Shown here in pieces: positions 9,103 through 17,365 of a stretch of 64,000 nucleotides of DNA. The stretch is from contig CALFJC010000176.1 in NCBI GenBank assembly GCA_937877655.1, positions 4,607 through 68,606 of the forward strand. Reading direction: 5' to 3'. Under the pieces are notes generated by a model. It made no database searches, was not told where the DNA came from, and was given only the letters and a program-made list of their open reading frames with translations. A program made the position numbers and the translations under genes. The DNA comes from an uncultured Selenomonadales bacterium. GTDB lineage: Bacteria; Bacillota; Negativicutes; Selenomonadales; Selenomonadaceae. Each line of letters opens with the position of its first letter. Position 1 is the first letter of the stretch.

Positions 9103-11511
9103 ATGAAGAAAAATTATTTTAAAAACTTACCCCCCCCCGATTATCGAATTTTAAAATGTCGCGGACAAGTTGCCGTGCTTTTCGCTGTGCTCATTCCGAT
9201 TTTGTTTTTATTTCTCGGAGTGGCTCTTGATCTCGGTTGGTACTATGTGAATGTCTCGCGCTTGCAAAATGCGGCGGACGCGGCGGCGGTTGCGGGTGCT
9301 CAAACTATCATGGACAGTGAATATTTTTCGGGCTATAAAAGCATCACGCTCGTCGGCAAATATCCCGCCAAAGTCAGCAACGAATACCGCGTAACCAATA
9401 TTTACGAGTTGACGGCGGTTGAAAACGGTAACAGCGTTGCCGAAGAATATGTCAACAAAAATCTGTCGAGCGAAAGCCACAGTTCGCTGACCGATTCTTG
9501 GACAAAAGCGGAGATTCAATCCGAACAAAAACTTTATGAGAAAGATGACAATCTTTATTACGTCGTCCGCTTGAAGGAAGAGATCAAACATTTTATGTTG
9601 CCCGGCTGGTTTGACGATATGGCTGCGCCCGTGACGGCAGTCGCTCTGATTTCAAAGCGGGCAGTTGTGAATTCTGCAGATGAAGATGACGTTGTCATTC
9701 CCGATGTTCCCGAAATTCCTTCCGGGGTTGACACCTCTGACGTCCCCGATACTCCAACTTTACCTGAAAAGCCCGAAACACCCGAAACACCCGAAACACC
9801 CGAAACAAATAATGTGACTTTGATATTTAATGCAAACGGCGGCACACTGCCTGACGGAACTACAAAAACGATAACACTTCAAGAAGATGAAGACGGAAAA
9901 GTTAATTCGACGGTCAATCAGTCGGCTGAACGCGAAGAGCATATTTTTTTAGGTTGGAACACGGCGGCGGACGGCAGCGGCAAATCTTATCAAAACGGCG
10001 ATAAGATAACTGAACAAGATTTCAGCGGCGGCAGCCTCACGCTTTACGCACAATGGGCTGAAAATATCCCCGAAGACAACACGATACCCGAAGATGTAGA
10101 TACTGCCATTGAACCCGAAGTCGAAGGCAATTCGATTTACGCCGTCATGAGAAAAGGATATTATGCTGATCCGAACAACATAACCGGTTCCACGCCCGAC
10201 TATGAAGGTCACGAAATGACAAAGGTTTATAAAACTTGGATGAAAATTTATACTGAAGGCGGCTCAAGTCAATCGTATGCAGACGCTCGCTGTTTTTATC
10301 CCGATACCGGCGGCTCTGTTTACGACAGCGATTATATGCGCAAGGAAATAACTCACATAACTTCAAAAACGATTTACAAAGACAGATTCTTTCTCGATTT
10401 GGGCTCCGACTTAATGTATAATCACGGGCTGAGTGACACTGCCGGTGTAGGTCACGGCTTATTCGAGACGCGCTGGGATTTAAATTCCATTTTCAGCGAA
10501 GGCGGCGATACATTTACTTCGATAAAAAATCACGCCTACGCAAGCAGATATGACAGCAACAAAATAACTTTTAACTTTCAAAAGAAAACCACAACCACAC
10601 GTTGGGGACAAACTACGACTTCTTACAGTAAAATTTCCTCATCCGAAGGTAAGGAAGCAATTAAGCACAGAGTGCACACGCGATTTAATATCGACGGCGG
10701 TTTTTCGGGCACGAGTACCGATCCGCTTTGGTTCCGCATTGAGAGCGAGGAACTCAACGAAGGCGGCGGCGACAAACAAAATACAACAGTCCGACAAATT
10801 TTTATCAATGTGAACTTCGACAATACGAGCAACAGTTATCGTCCGCTGGTTATCTTTTACGACGGTCCCGACCGTGCGCAACTTGACGGCGATGTTGATG
10901 TAGGTAACAATCAAACGGCAAAAGAGAAATATCCGAATTTGAGAGTCCGCGATCCTCTGCCCGTAATTTTGAATCTCAACAAAGATTTCAAAGGAATTTT
11001 GTTCGCGCCGCACAGCCCCGTTGTTATTATCGGCAACGGACATAAAATGATTGGTTTTGTCGTCGCAAAAAGTTTCGTTCAGCTCGGCACGGCAGCAGGA
11101 AATAAAGTCAACGCAACGGGCAATGATCCTGAATTTTATGTCGACAGCTACGGAAATGTTTCTTTCGATACGTTGCCCACGAGCGTTATTCGCCGTCCTT
11201 ACAGCAAAGTTTTCAAGAATAAAGATAACGGAAGTTACACTGAAGAATATGACGAAAATACTTTGAATGCGGTTGAAGACAAATACAAGGAAGCGAATTT
11301 CGGTAACTTTGAATGGGTTTATAAATCTAAAGAAGCGTTCAATCTCAGCGAAAATTCTCGCTACGCCTCTTTTGGGATTCACGGCTTGAAAAGAAATATC
11401 TACGTATATCTGAACAGCTCGCAGGCAAGCGACACAACTTTAAGCGATCCGGGTTTCGGCAACTCTGTCGATATGTTCTTTACGACGGTACGTTCGAGAT
11501 GGGTTAAGTAA
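9103..11511 (+). CDS. TadE/TadG-like (Flp pilus-assembly N-terminal domain) large surface protein with a PET linker and a Listeria-Bacteroides repeat
   Basis: N-terminus VAVLFAVLIPILFLFLGVALDLGWYYVNVSRLQNAADAAAVAGA is a Tad-type hydrophobic segment. (PET)x4 at 9769-9805. NVTLIFNANGG...FLGWNTAADGSGKSYQNGDKI...LTLYAQWA is an Flg_new-type repeat. The C-terminal GILFAPHSPVVIIGNGHKMIGFVVAKSF is TadG-like. Confidence 0.7.
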   Translation: MKKNYFKNLPPPDYRILKCRGQVAVLFAVLIPILFLFLGVALDLGWYYVNVSRLQNAADAAAVAGAQTIMDSEYFSGYKSITLVGKYPAKVSNEYRVTNIYELTAVENGNSVAEEYVNKNLSSESHSSLTDSWTKAEIQSEQKLYEKDDNLYYVVRLKEEIKHFMLPGWFDDMAAPVTAVALISKRAVVNSADEDDVVIPDVPEIPSGVDTSDVPDTPTLPEKPETPETPETPETNNVTLIFNANGGTLPDGTTKTITLQEDEDGKVNSTVNQSAEREEHIFLGWNTAADGSGKSYQNGDKITEQDFSGGSLTLYAQWAENIPEDNTIPEDVDTAIEPEVEGNSIYAVMRKGYYADPNNITGSTPDYEGHEMTKVYKTWMKIYTEGGSSQSYADARCFYPDTGGSVYDSDYMRKEITHITSKTIYKDRFFLDLGSDLMYNHGLSDTAGVGHGLFETRWDLNSIFSEGGDTFTSIKNHAYASRYDSNKITFNFQKKTTTTRWGQTTTSYSKISSSEGKEAIKHRVHTRFNIDGGFSGTSTDPLWFRIESEELNEGGGDKQNTTVRQIFINVNFDNTSNSYRPLVIFYDGPDRAQLDGDVDVGNNQTAKEKYPNLRVRDPLPVILNLNKDFKGILFAPHSPVVIIGNGHKMIGFVVAKSFVQLGTAAGNKVNATGNDPEFYVDSYGNVSFDTLPTSVIRRPYSKVFKNKDNGSYTEEYDENTLNAVEDKYKEANFGNFEWVYKSKEAFNLSENSRYASFGIHGLKRNIYVYLNSSQASDTTLSDPGFGNSVDMFFTTVRSRWVK

Positions 11512-11533
11512 AAAATTTTTTTAAATCGAAGCA

Positions 11534-11568
11534 GCCGCAGGGAAAAAAATCCTTGCGGCGATTTTTTT
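11534..11568 (+). terminator. Intrinsic terminator after the TadG-like gene
   Basis: Stem GCCGCAGGG / CCTTGCGGC with an A-rich loop, then T7. Confidence 0.75.
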
Positions 11569-11591
11569 ATACGCTGAATAAAACCTGAATA

Positions 11592-11620
11592 TTGACTGGA
11601 AAAAAATGTTTTGTTACAAT
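11592..11620 (+). promoter_or_regulatory. Sigma-70-type promoter for the phosphatase-kinase operon
   Basis: TTGACT (11592-11597), 17-nt spacer, TACAAT (11615-11620). Confidence 0.6.
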
Positions 11621-11666
11621 CAACAAAAGCAACTCACTCGTCGGATTAATGAAGGGGAGAAAAATT

Positions 11667-12368
11667 TTGGCGAAGATATTTCAAGCGACGCACGTCGGAA
11701 AAGTTCGGCGTAACAATGAAGACTCGCTGATTGTCATAGAGCCGAAAATATTTGTTGTGGCGGACGGCATGGGCGGAGCCAAAGCGGGCGAAGTGGCAAG
11801 CCGCACGCTGGTCGAGACGGTTAAAAATTTCCTGTTGAAAACTCCGCCGCCTTGGAACGAAAAAATTTTGGCATCGGCGATTCTCACGGCGAACAAAAAA
11901 ATTTCAGATTTGGCACGGCAGAACGAAAATTATTCGGGCATGGGCACAACCGCGACAATTTTATCTCTGGACGAAAAGCTTGCTTACTTCGCGCACGTCG
12001 GCGACAGCAGACTTTATCGGCTGAGAAATAATTTTCTGGAGCAGATAACCGAAGATCATTCTTACGTTGAAACTTTGGTAAGGCGCGGCGATTTGACGCC
12101 CGAAGAAGCTCGCGTTCATCCGATGAAAAATGTTTTGATTCAAGCGGTCGGCGCGGTTGAGAAAATTTTTATCGATCAAGCAAATTTTCCCGTCGAAGGC
12201 GGCGACATGTTTTTACTTTGCACGGACGGCTTAACGAATATGGTTGACGATGAAAGCATTAAAAAAATTTTACAGACTGCGCAAAATCCTGCCGACGCGC
12301 TGATTGAAGCCGCACTTTCGGCGGGCGGCAAGGACAATGTTTCGGTTATCGTTGTCGGAGTTGATTAG
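11667..12368 (+). CDS. prpC: PP2C-family Ser/Thr protein phosphatase
   Basis: PPM motifs RRNNEDS, VADGMGG, CTDGLTN and GGKDNVSVIVV. GGGGAG lies 8 nt before TTG 11667. It precedes a PASTA kinase, as prpC-prkC does in Firmicutes. Confidence 0.85.
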   Translation: MAKIFQATHVGKVRRNNEDSLIVIEPKIFVVADGMGGAKAGEVASRTLVETVKNFLLKTPPPWNEKILASAILTANKKISDLARQNENYSGMGTTATILSLDEKLAYFAHVGDSRLYRLRNNFLEQITEDHSYVETLVRRGDLTPEEARVHPMKNVLIQAVGAVEKIFIDQANFPVEGGDMFLLCTDGLTNMVDDESIKKILQTAQNPADALIEAALSAGGKDNVSVIVVGVD

Positions 12369-12484
12369 TCATGTTTCGCGAAATTTTGAATTGCGTCATG
12401 AGTTTGTATTCAGCAATGAACACGGCTTTTCATTGCGCGTTGAGAATAGCTCACGACGCATTAATTTAAGGAGGACGAGGTTAA

Positions 12485-12631
12485 ATGATTCGGCAAGTCC
12501 TCAATCGGTGTTACGAATCGGAAAATTACTCGGCGCAAAAAATTCCTTGTCTGTCCTGCAACAACAAAAATTTTTTGCGGAGTAAAAAGAGCAGTGAATT
12601 TTATTTTCAATTTAAGGAGGGACGAGATTAA
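12485..12631 (+). CDS. 48-codon upstream ORF derived from a duplicated kinase start region (translation uncertain)
   Basis: AAGGAGG lies 7 nt before ATG 12485. The peptide MIRQVLNRCYESENYS parallels the kinase MIQRVLGGRYELEEKI. Its TAA (12629-12631) abuts the kinase ATG 12632. Confidence 0.3.
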   Translation: MIRQVLNRCYESENYSAQKIPCLSCNNKNFLRSKKSSEFYFQFKEGRD

Positions 12632-14590
12632 ATGATTCAGCGAGTCTTGGGCGGGCGTTATGAATTGGAAGAGAAAATCGGCAGCGGCGGCATGGCGGAA
12701 GTTTACAAAGCTCACGACAGACTCCTTTCTCGTCCCGTAGCGATAAAAATTTTACATGCGGAATATCGTTCGGACGTAGAATTTATTGAAAGATTTCATC
12801 GCGAGGCAAAAGCGGCGGCGCGCCTTTCGCATCCGAATATTGTCAGCATTTATGATGTCGGAGTTGCCGGCAACGATCATTATATCGTTATGGAGTATGT
12901 TAAGGGCGATACTCTCAAGAAAAAAATGCAGGACGAAGGACCGCTTGAGCTTTTGACGGCAACTTCAATCGCAAAAGACATTGCAAACGGCTTGACGCAC
13001 GCGCACGCAAATAATATCGTTCACTGCGACATCAAGCCGCACAACATTTTAATGACGGAAGACGATCACGCAAAAATTACAGATTTTGGAATTGCCCGCG
13101 CAGTCACGGAATCGACGCTGACTTACGGCGGGAGCGTTGTCGGCTCCGTTCATTATTTTTCGCCCGAACAAGCTCGCGGCGGCGCGATAACTCCCAAGTC
13201 CGACGTTTATTCTTTGGGGATTGTGCTTTATGAAATGTTGACAAATAAATTGCCGTTCACGGGCGACAATCCCGTTGCAATAGCGATGAAACACATTGAA
13301 GAGGATCCGATTACTCCGAGCCGTTATCGCCCGCAAATTCCGCCGATGCTTGAGGCTATCGTCTGTCGAGCAATGAGTAAAAGTCCCGAAATTCGCCCGT
13401 CGAGTTTTGAACTTGTCCAAGAACTTTCAAAAGTCGAATCGGCATTGAGTGTAACGCAGAGAAGCGACCCCGATGCCACAAAACGTTTGCCGCGAACAGA
13501 AATTCCCCCGCGCCGCACAGATCGTCAAGGTTTGGGAACTCAAGGCAACAATCAAGAAGAATCCAAAAAGCCCGAAGTCAAACAGAAACCTTTTTACAAG
13601 ACGAAAACTTTCATGGCGATGATGTTTTTCGTTTTGGTAATGGGCTTCGGCGTAGGGATTTTTGCGGCGTTCGGAAAAGTTTGGAACACGGAAAATGTCG
13701 TAACGGTTCCCGACGTAAAAGGCAAGCAACTTGCATTGGCGCGACAAATTTTGGAGGACGGACATCTTCGCGTGAACATTGCCGAAACTTACGACGCAAC
13801 TGTTCCTGCGGGGCAAGTTGTTTCGCAAGACCCCGACTTCGGCAAGACGGTTAAAAGCGACAGAGTTGTTACAATTTACGTCAGCAAGGGCGGCGAAGAA
13901 ATCGAAATGCCCGATCTTGCAGGTTTGGCGAAATCCGCCGCGCTTGAAAGACTGCAAAAGCTCGGCTTGAATGTGGGCAGTGTTTACGAAAAAGATTCTT
14001 CAAGCGAACCGGGAACTGTTTTATCTCATGACCCGACGACGGGCACGAAAATTATTCGCGGACAAGCGATTGATTTAATCGTTTCTCGCGGCGGCGGCGA
14101 ACCCGACAATAAATCTGATAATAAAACCGACAATAAATCCGACAATAAGTCTGACAATAAATCCGACAATAAAAAGGCTGACGAACCGAAATCCGAAAAA
14201 AAATTTGCTCGCGTCCCCGACGTTTACAGTTCGGGGCTCGGCTCGGCTGAAGACAGCATAGAAAATCGCGGGCTTTATGTCGGCTCCGTCACTTATCAAG
14301 AAAGTTCGCAGGCGGAAGGCACGGTTATTTCTCAATATCCCTCGCCCGACGTTGAAGTTGAAGTCGGATCTTATGTCGATTTGGTAATTGCAAGTCGTCC
14401 TGCTCCGCAACCCGAACCGGAGCCTGAACCTGTCCGTGAGCCCGAACCTTATCATGAACCGGAACCTTATCGCGAACCCGAACCTGTCCGCGAACTCGAA
14501 CCGCAACCGCAATCGAACGATTTTCCCGATATTCCCGTTCAAAATGATGTGCCGAGCCGCGAAGACAACGATCAATCTAAAGGGAGATAG
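12632..14590 (+). CDS. prkC: Ser/Thr protein kinase with three extracellular PASTA domains (PrkC/PknB type)
   Basis: Hanks motifs GSGGMAEVYKA, VAIK, HCDIKPHN, DFG and SPEQ. One TM segment (FMAMMFFVLVMGFGVGIFAAF). Three PASTA units. A (DNKS/T)x6 linker at about 14101-14172 and an EP-rich tail at about 14400-14520. Confidence 0.92.
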   Translation: MIQRVLGGRYELEEKIGSGGMAEVYKAHDRLLSRPVAIKILHAEYRSDVEFIERFHREAKAAARLSHPNIVSIYDVGVAGNDHYIVMEYVKGDTLKKKMQDEGPLELLTATSIAKDIANGLTHAHANNIVHCDIKPHNILMTEDDHAKITDFGIARAVTESTLTYGGSVVGSVHYFSPEQARGGAITPKSDVYSLGIVLYEMLTNKLPFTGDNPVAIAMKHIEEDPITPSRYRPQIPPMLEAIVCRAMSKSPEIRPSSFELVQELSKVESALSVTQRSDPDATKRLPRTEIPPRRTDRQGLGTQGNNQEESKKPEVKQKPFYKTKTFMAMMFFVLVMGFGVGIFAAFGKVWNTENVVTVPDVKGKQLALARQILEDGHLRVNIAETYDATVPAGQVVSQDPDFGKTVKSDRVVTIYVSKGGEEIEMPDLAGLAKSAALERLQKLGLNVGSVYEKDSSSEPGTVLSHDPTTGTKIIRGQAIDLIVSRGGGEPDNKSDNKTDNKSDNKSDNKSDNKKADEPKSEKKFARVPDVYSSGLGSAEDSIENRGLYVGSVTYQESSQAEGTVISQYPSPDVEVEVGSYVDLVIASRPAPQPEPEPEPVREPEPYHEPEPYREPEPVRELEPQPQSNDFPDIPVQNDVPSREDNDQSKGR

Positions 14591-14806
14591 TCCCCCTTTT
14601 TTCTAAAGTGGGCACGCAAAACCATCTCGGCGTCTCGGCAACTTTCAAGTTCATTTTTAACTTTGTGTATTGAACAAACTTTTCTTTTGCCGCCCCAAAA
14701 GAAAAGTTTGCAAAAGAAAAGGGGCTCCAACCGGCAAGAAAACATCCTGTTTTCGTTGCCGGCGGGCGCACATCCTTGTGCGCCCGTGTCTTCGCCACCC
14801 GCTGTA
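14591..14806 (-). repeat. Multi-hairpin intergenic repeat, copy A (short variant, minus orientation)
   Basis: It contains CCCCCTTTTTTCTAAAGTGGG (HP4), CAAACTTTTCTTTTG..CAAAAGAAAAGTTTG (HP3), CCGGCAAGAAAACATCCTGTTTTCGTTGCCGG (HP2) and GGGCGCACATCCTTGTGCGCCC (HP1). It is the reverse complement of copy D. Confidence 0.85.
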
Positions 14807-14814
14807 AGCTTTTT

Positions 14815-14841
14815 CATTACGCATTACGAATTACGCATTGC
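14815..14841. repeat. Heptad array (CATTACG CATTACG AATTACG CATTGC) between repeat copies A and B
   Basis: Direct reading. Confidence 0.7.
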
Positions 14842-14972
14842 AAAAAGAAAAGGCTCCTCGCAGGGGCGTTTGTCTCTCGTTATTCGGAGTAGCAAATAAC
14901 CTTTGCCGTGTGTGCCGGCAATAGAAACATCCTGTTTCTGTTGCCGGCGGAGCCGTCATCCATGACGGCTCC
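14840..14972 (-). repeat. Multi-hairpin intergenic repeat, copy B (long variant, minus orientation); the terminal hairpin has a replaced stem and doubles as a + strand terminator
   Basis: It is the reverse complement of copy C across about 110 nt, including the roughly 60-nt insertion. At the HP1 position it has GGAGCCGTCATCCATGACGGCTCC followed by T6. Confidence 0.85.
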
Positions 14973-15037
14973 TTTTTTCGTCCTTCATTGACTTTCTCCA
15001 AGTGACAAGCACTTTTTCGACAACTGTGATATAATTT

Positions 15038-15559
15038 TCAATCAAACAAACTCAACTGACCGCGAGGAATAGTTTTTTTCGGAGAAGAATTTTTTTGCAA
15101 CGGAGGATTTTTCAAAATACCGCGCTGAAATTTTTCTGCCGTCGAACGAGCAAGTTCATCGCAACGTTCATTGAAAAAATTTCCCGCATGCCCTTTCACC
15201 CAATTAAAATTCACATTGCGCGACGAAATTAATTCGTCAAGCGTAAGCCATAAATCTTTGTTGAGCACGGGATTTTTGGTTGAAGTTTTCCAGCCGTTTC
15301 TTTTCCATTTGACGAGCCAGCCGTTTGTAAAAGCATTTTTGAGATAACTGCTGTCCGTAAAAAGTTCCGCGCGGTCGCCCGCCGAAATTTTTTCCAAAGC
15401 TTTAATCGCCGCCGTAAGTTCCATGCGATTGTTGGTTGTATGTTCTTCGCCGCCGAAAAGTTCTTCGCGATTATTTTTTTCGTCAACGATAACTGCCGCC
15501 CAACCGCCCGCGCCCGGATTCCCCAAACATGAACCGTCCGTATAAATTTTAAAATTCAT
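15038..15559 (-). CDS. rnhA: Ribonuclease HI
   Basis: MNFKIYTDGSCLGNPGAGGWAAV, TNNRMEL, TDSSY and a C-terminal GHAGN..NERCDELA. GGAGG lies 8 nt before ATG 15559, so the track start at 15601 is too long. Confidence 0.9.
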   Translation of the reverse strand: MNFKIYTDGSCLGNPGAGGWAAVIVDEKNNREELFGGEEHTTNNRMELTAAIKALEKISAGDRAELFTDSSYLKNAFTNGWLVKWKRNGWKTSTKNPVLNKDLWLTLDELISSRNVNFNWVKGHAGNFFNERCDELARSTAEKFQRGILKNPPLQKNSSPKKTIPRGQLSLFD

Positions 15560-15586
15560 TTTCTCGCCTCCGAAAGGAAATTTGTA

Positions 15587-17365
15587 ATGGATATTCTCCA
15601 AGAAAAATTGAAAACGTTGCCCGCCGCGCCCGGCGTTTACCTCATGAAAGATATTCGCGGGAAAATTATTTATGTCGGCAAGGCTAAGGTTTTAAAAAAT
15701 CGCGTCCGCCAATATTTTCAATCGAATAAAAATCTCGGCGCGAAAGTCAAGGCAATGGTCGCCAAAATCGTCGACTTTGAAACAATCGTCACGTCAAACG
15801 AAGTCGAGGCTCTGATTTTGGAATGCAATTTGATTAAAAAATATCGCCCGCGCTACAATATCAGTCTCAAGGACGATAAAAGTTATCCTTATCTCAAAAT
15901 CACTGCCGAAGAATTTCCGCGAATAATTTTGACGCGGCGCGTGATTCATGACGGCTCGCGATATTTCGGACCTTACACGAACGGGCTTGCCGTCAAGGAA
16001 ACTCTTCAACTTTTAAGAAAAATTTTTCCGCTCCGAACTTGCAGAATTTTTTCAAAGCGTCCGTGTTTGGAGTTTCACATTAAACGATGCCTCGCGCCCT
16101 GTGCAAACAAAATTTCTCGCGAAGATTATATGCGCTTTGTCAATGCGGCAGAAAAATTTTTGGAAGGACACACCGCGCAGGTTGAACGCGAAATTTCTGC
16201 ACAGATGACGGCGGCGGCGGAGGCATTGAATTTTGAACAGGCGGCGAAGTTCAGAGATATTTTGTCGGCAATAAGAAAAGTTACGGAGAAACAAAAAATC
16301 GTAACCGATTTGGGCGACGCGGACGCAATAGGCTTGGCGCGGCTTGACAGCGAGACTTGCGCACAGATTTTTTTTATTCGAGACGGAAAAGTTGTCGGGC
16401 GCGAAAATTTTTTATTAAACGGCGCGGCGGACGAATCGGACGCGCAGGCAGTCACGGAATTTATAAAGCAATATTACAGTCGGGCGCAAATTTCGGCGAC
16501 AGAAATTTTATTGCCCGTCGCATTGGCGGAAGACGATTTAAAAATTTTGGCTGAATGGCTCGGCGCGAAAATTTTGGAGCCGAAACGCGGCGTGAAACGT
16601 TCGCTGGTTGAAATGGCGATTGAAAACGCGCAGAAATTTTTGTCGGAAGAATCTGCGCGGCGACAAATAAAAAATGCACAGACAAAAGGCGCGGTCGAGG
16701 AGCTGAAAAAATTTTTGAACTTGCCGAAACTCCCGCGCCGCATGGAGTGCTTTGACATTTCGCATATTCAAGGCGCGGAAACTGTAGCGTCAATGGTTGT
16801 GTTTGAAGACGGCGTGCCCGATAAAAAAAGTTATCGCCGCTTCAAAATTCGTTCGACGGAAGGCAAGCCCGATGATTTTTTGTCAATGCGCGAAGTCACG
16901 AGCCGCCGATATGAGAAACTTTCCGAAGAAAATTTGCCCGACTTAATAGTTATCGACGGCGGAATCGGGCAATTAAATTCTGCGCTTGAAATAATTCGCG
17001 GCGCGGGACATAAAGTGCCCGTCGTCGGCTTGGCAAAACAATTTGAATTGATTTTCGTTGAAGGCGCGTCAATCCCCGTCGAATTGCCCAAAGACAGTCA
17101 AGCGTTAAAACTTCTGCAGAGAATCCGTGACGAAGCCCATCGATTTGCGATAACTTATCACAGAAAACTTCGGCGGGCACGAAATTTGAAATCGGAATTG
17201 GACAATGTGGCGGGCATCGGAGCGAAAAGACGCGCCGAGCTGTTTAAAAAATTCGGGACGATAGAAAAAATAAAATCGGCAACGGTTGAGGAACTTGCCG
17301 CCGTGCCGAGCATGAATCGCGCCGCCGCCGAAGCCTTGAAAAGGCAATTAGGAATTATGAATTAG
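15587..17365 (+). CDS. uvrC: Excinuclease ABC subunit C
   Basis: GIY-YIG N-terminus (PGVYLMKDIRGKIIYVGKA...YF), UVR domain (FEQAAKFRD) and a C-terminal HhH pair. 592 aa. Confidence 0.95.
   Translation: MDILQEKLKTLPAAPGVYLMKDIRGKIIYVGKAKVLKNRVRQYFQSNKNLGAKVKAMVAKIVDFETIVTSNEVEALILECNLIKKYRPRYNISLKDDKSYPYLKITAEEFPRIILTRRVIHDGSRYFGPYTNGLAVKETLQLLRKIFPLRTCRIFSKRPCLEFHIKRCLAPCANKISREDYMRFVNAAEKFLEGHTAQVEREISAQMTAAAEALNFEQAAKFRDILSAIRKVTEKQKIVTDLGDADAIGLARLDSETCAQIFFIRDGKVVGRENFLLNGAADESDAQAVTEFIKQYYSRAQISATEILLPVALAEDDLKILAEWLGAKILEPKRGVKRSLVEMAIENAQKFLSEESARRQIKNAQTKGAVEELKKFLNLPKLPRRMECFDISHIQGAETVASMVVFEDGVPDKKSYRRFKIRSTEGKPDDFLSMREVTSRRYEKLSEENLPDLIVIDGGIGQLNSALEIIRGAGHKVPVVGLAKQFELIFVEGASIPVELPKDSQALKLLQRIRDEAHRFAITYHRKLRRARNLKSELDNVAGIGAKRRAELFKKFGTIEKIKSATVEELAAVPSMNRAAAEALKRQLGIMN

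Noticed and set aside
12304-12585. Track ORF 12304-12585 (+) bridging the PP2C 3' end and the kinase leader.
   Set aside because: It overlaps the PP2C gene out of frame, has no SD, and is better explained by the duplicated kinase start region described in the findings.
14572-14899. ORFs across the intergenic repeats: 14572-14817 (-), 14577-14798 (-), 14663-14899 (+), 18186-18677 (+), and 47405-47789 on both strands.
   Set aside because: They are read-throughs of the multi-hairpin repeat copies. The same 'peptides' (for example APAGNENRMF) recur simply because the DNA element recurs. There are no start signals.
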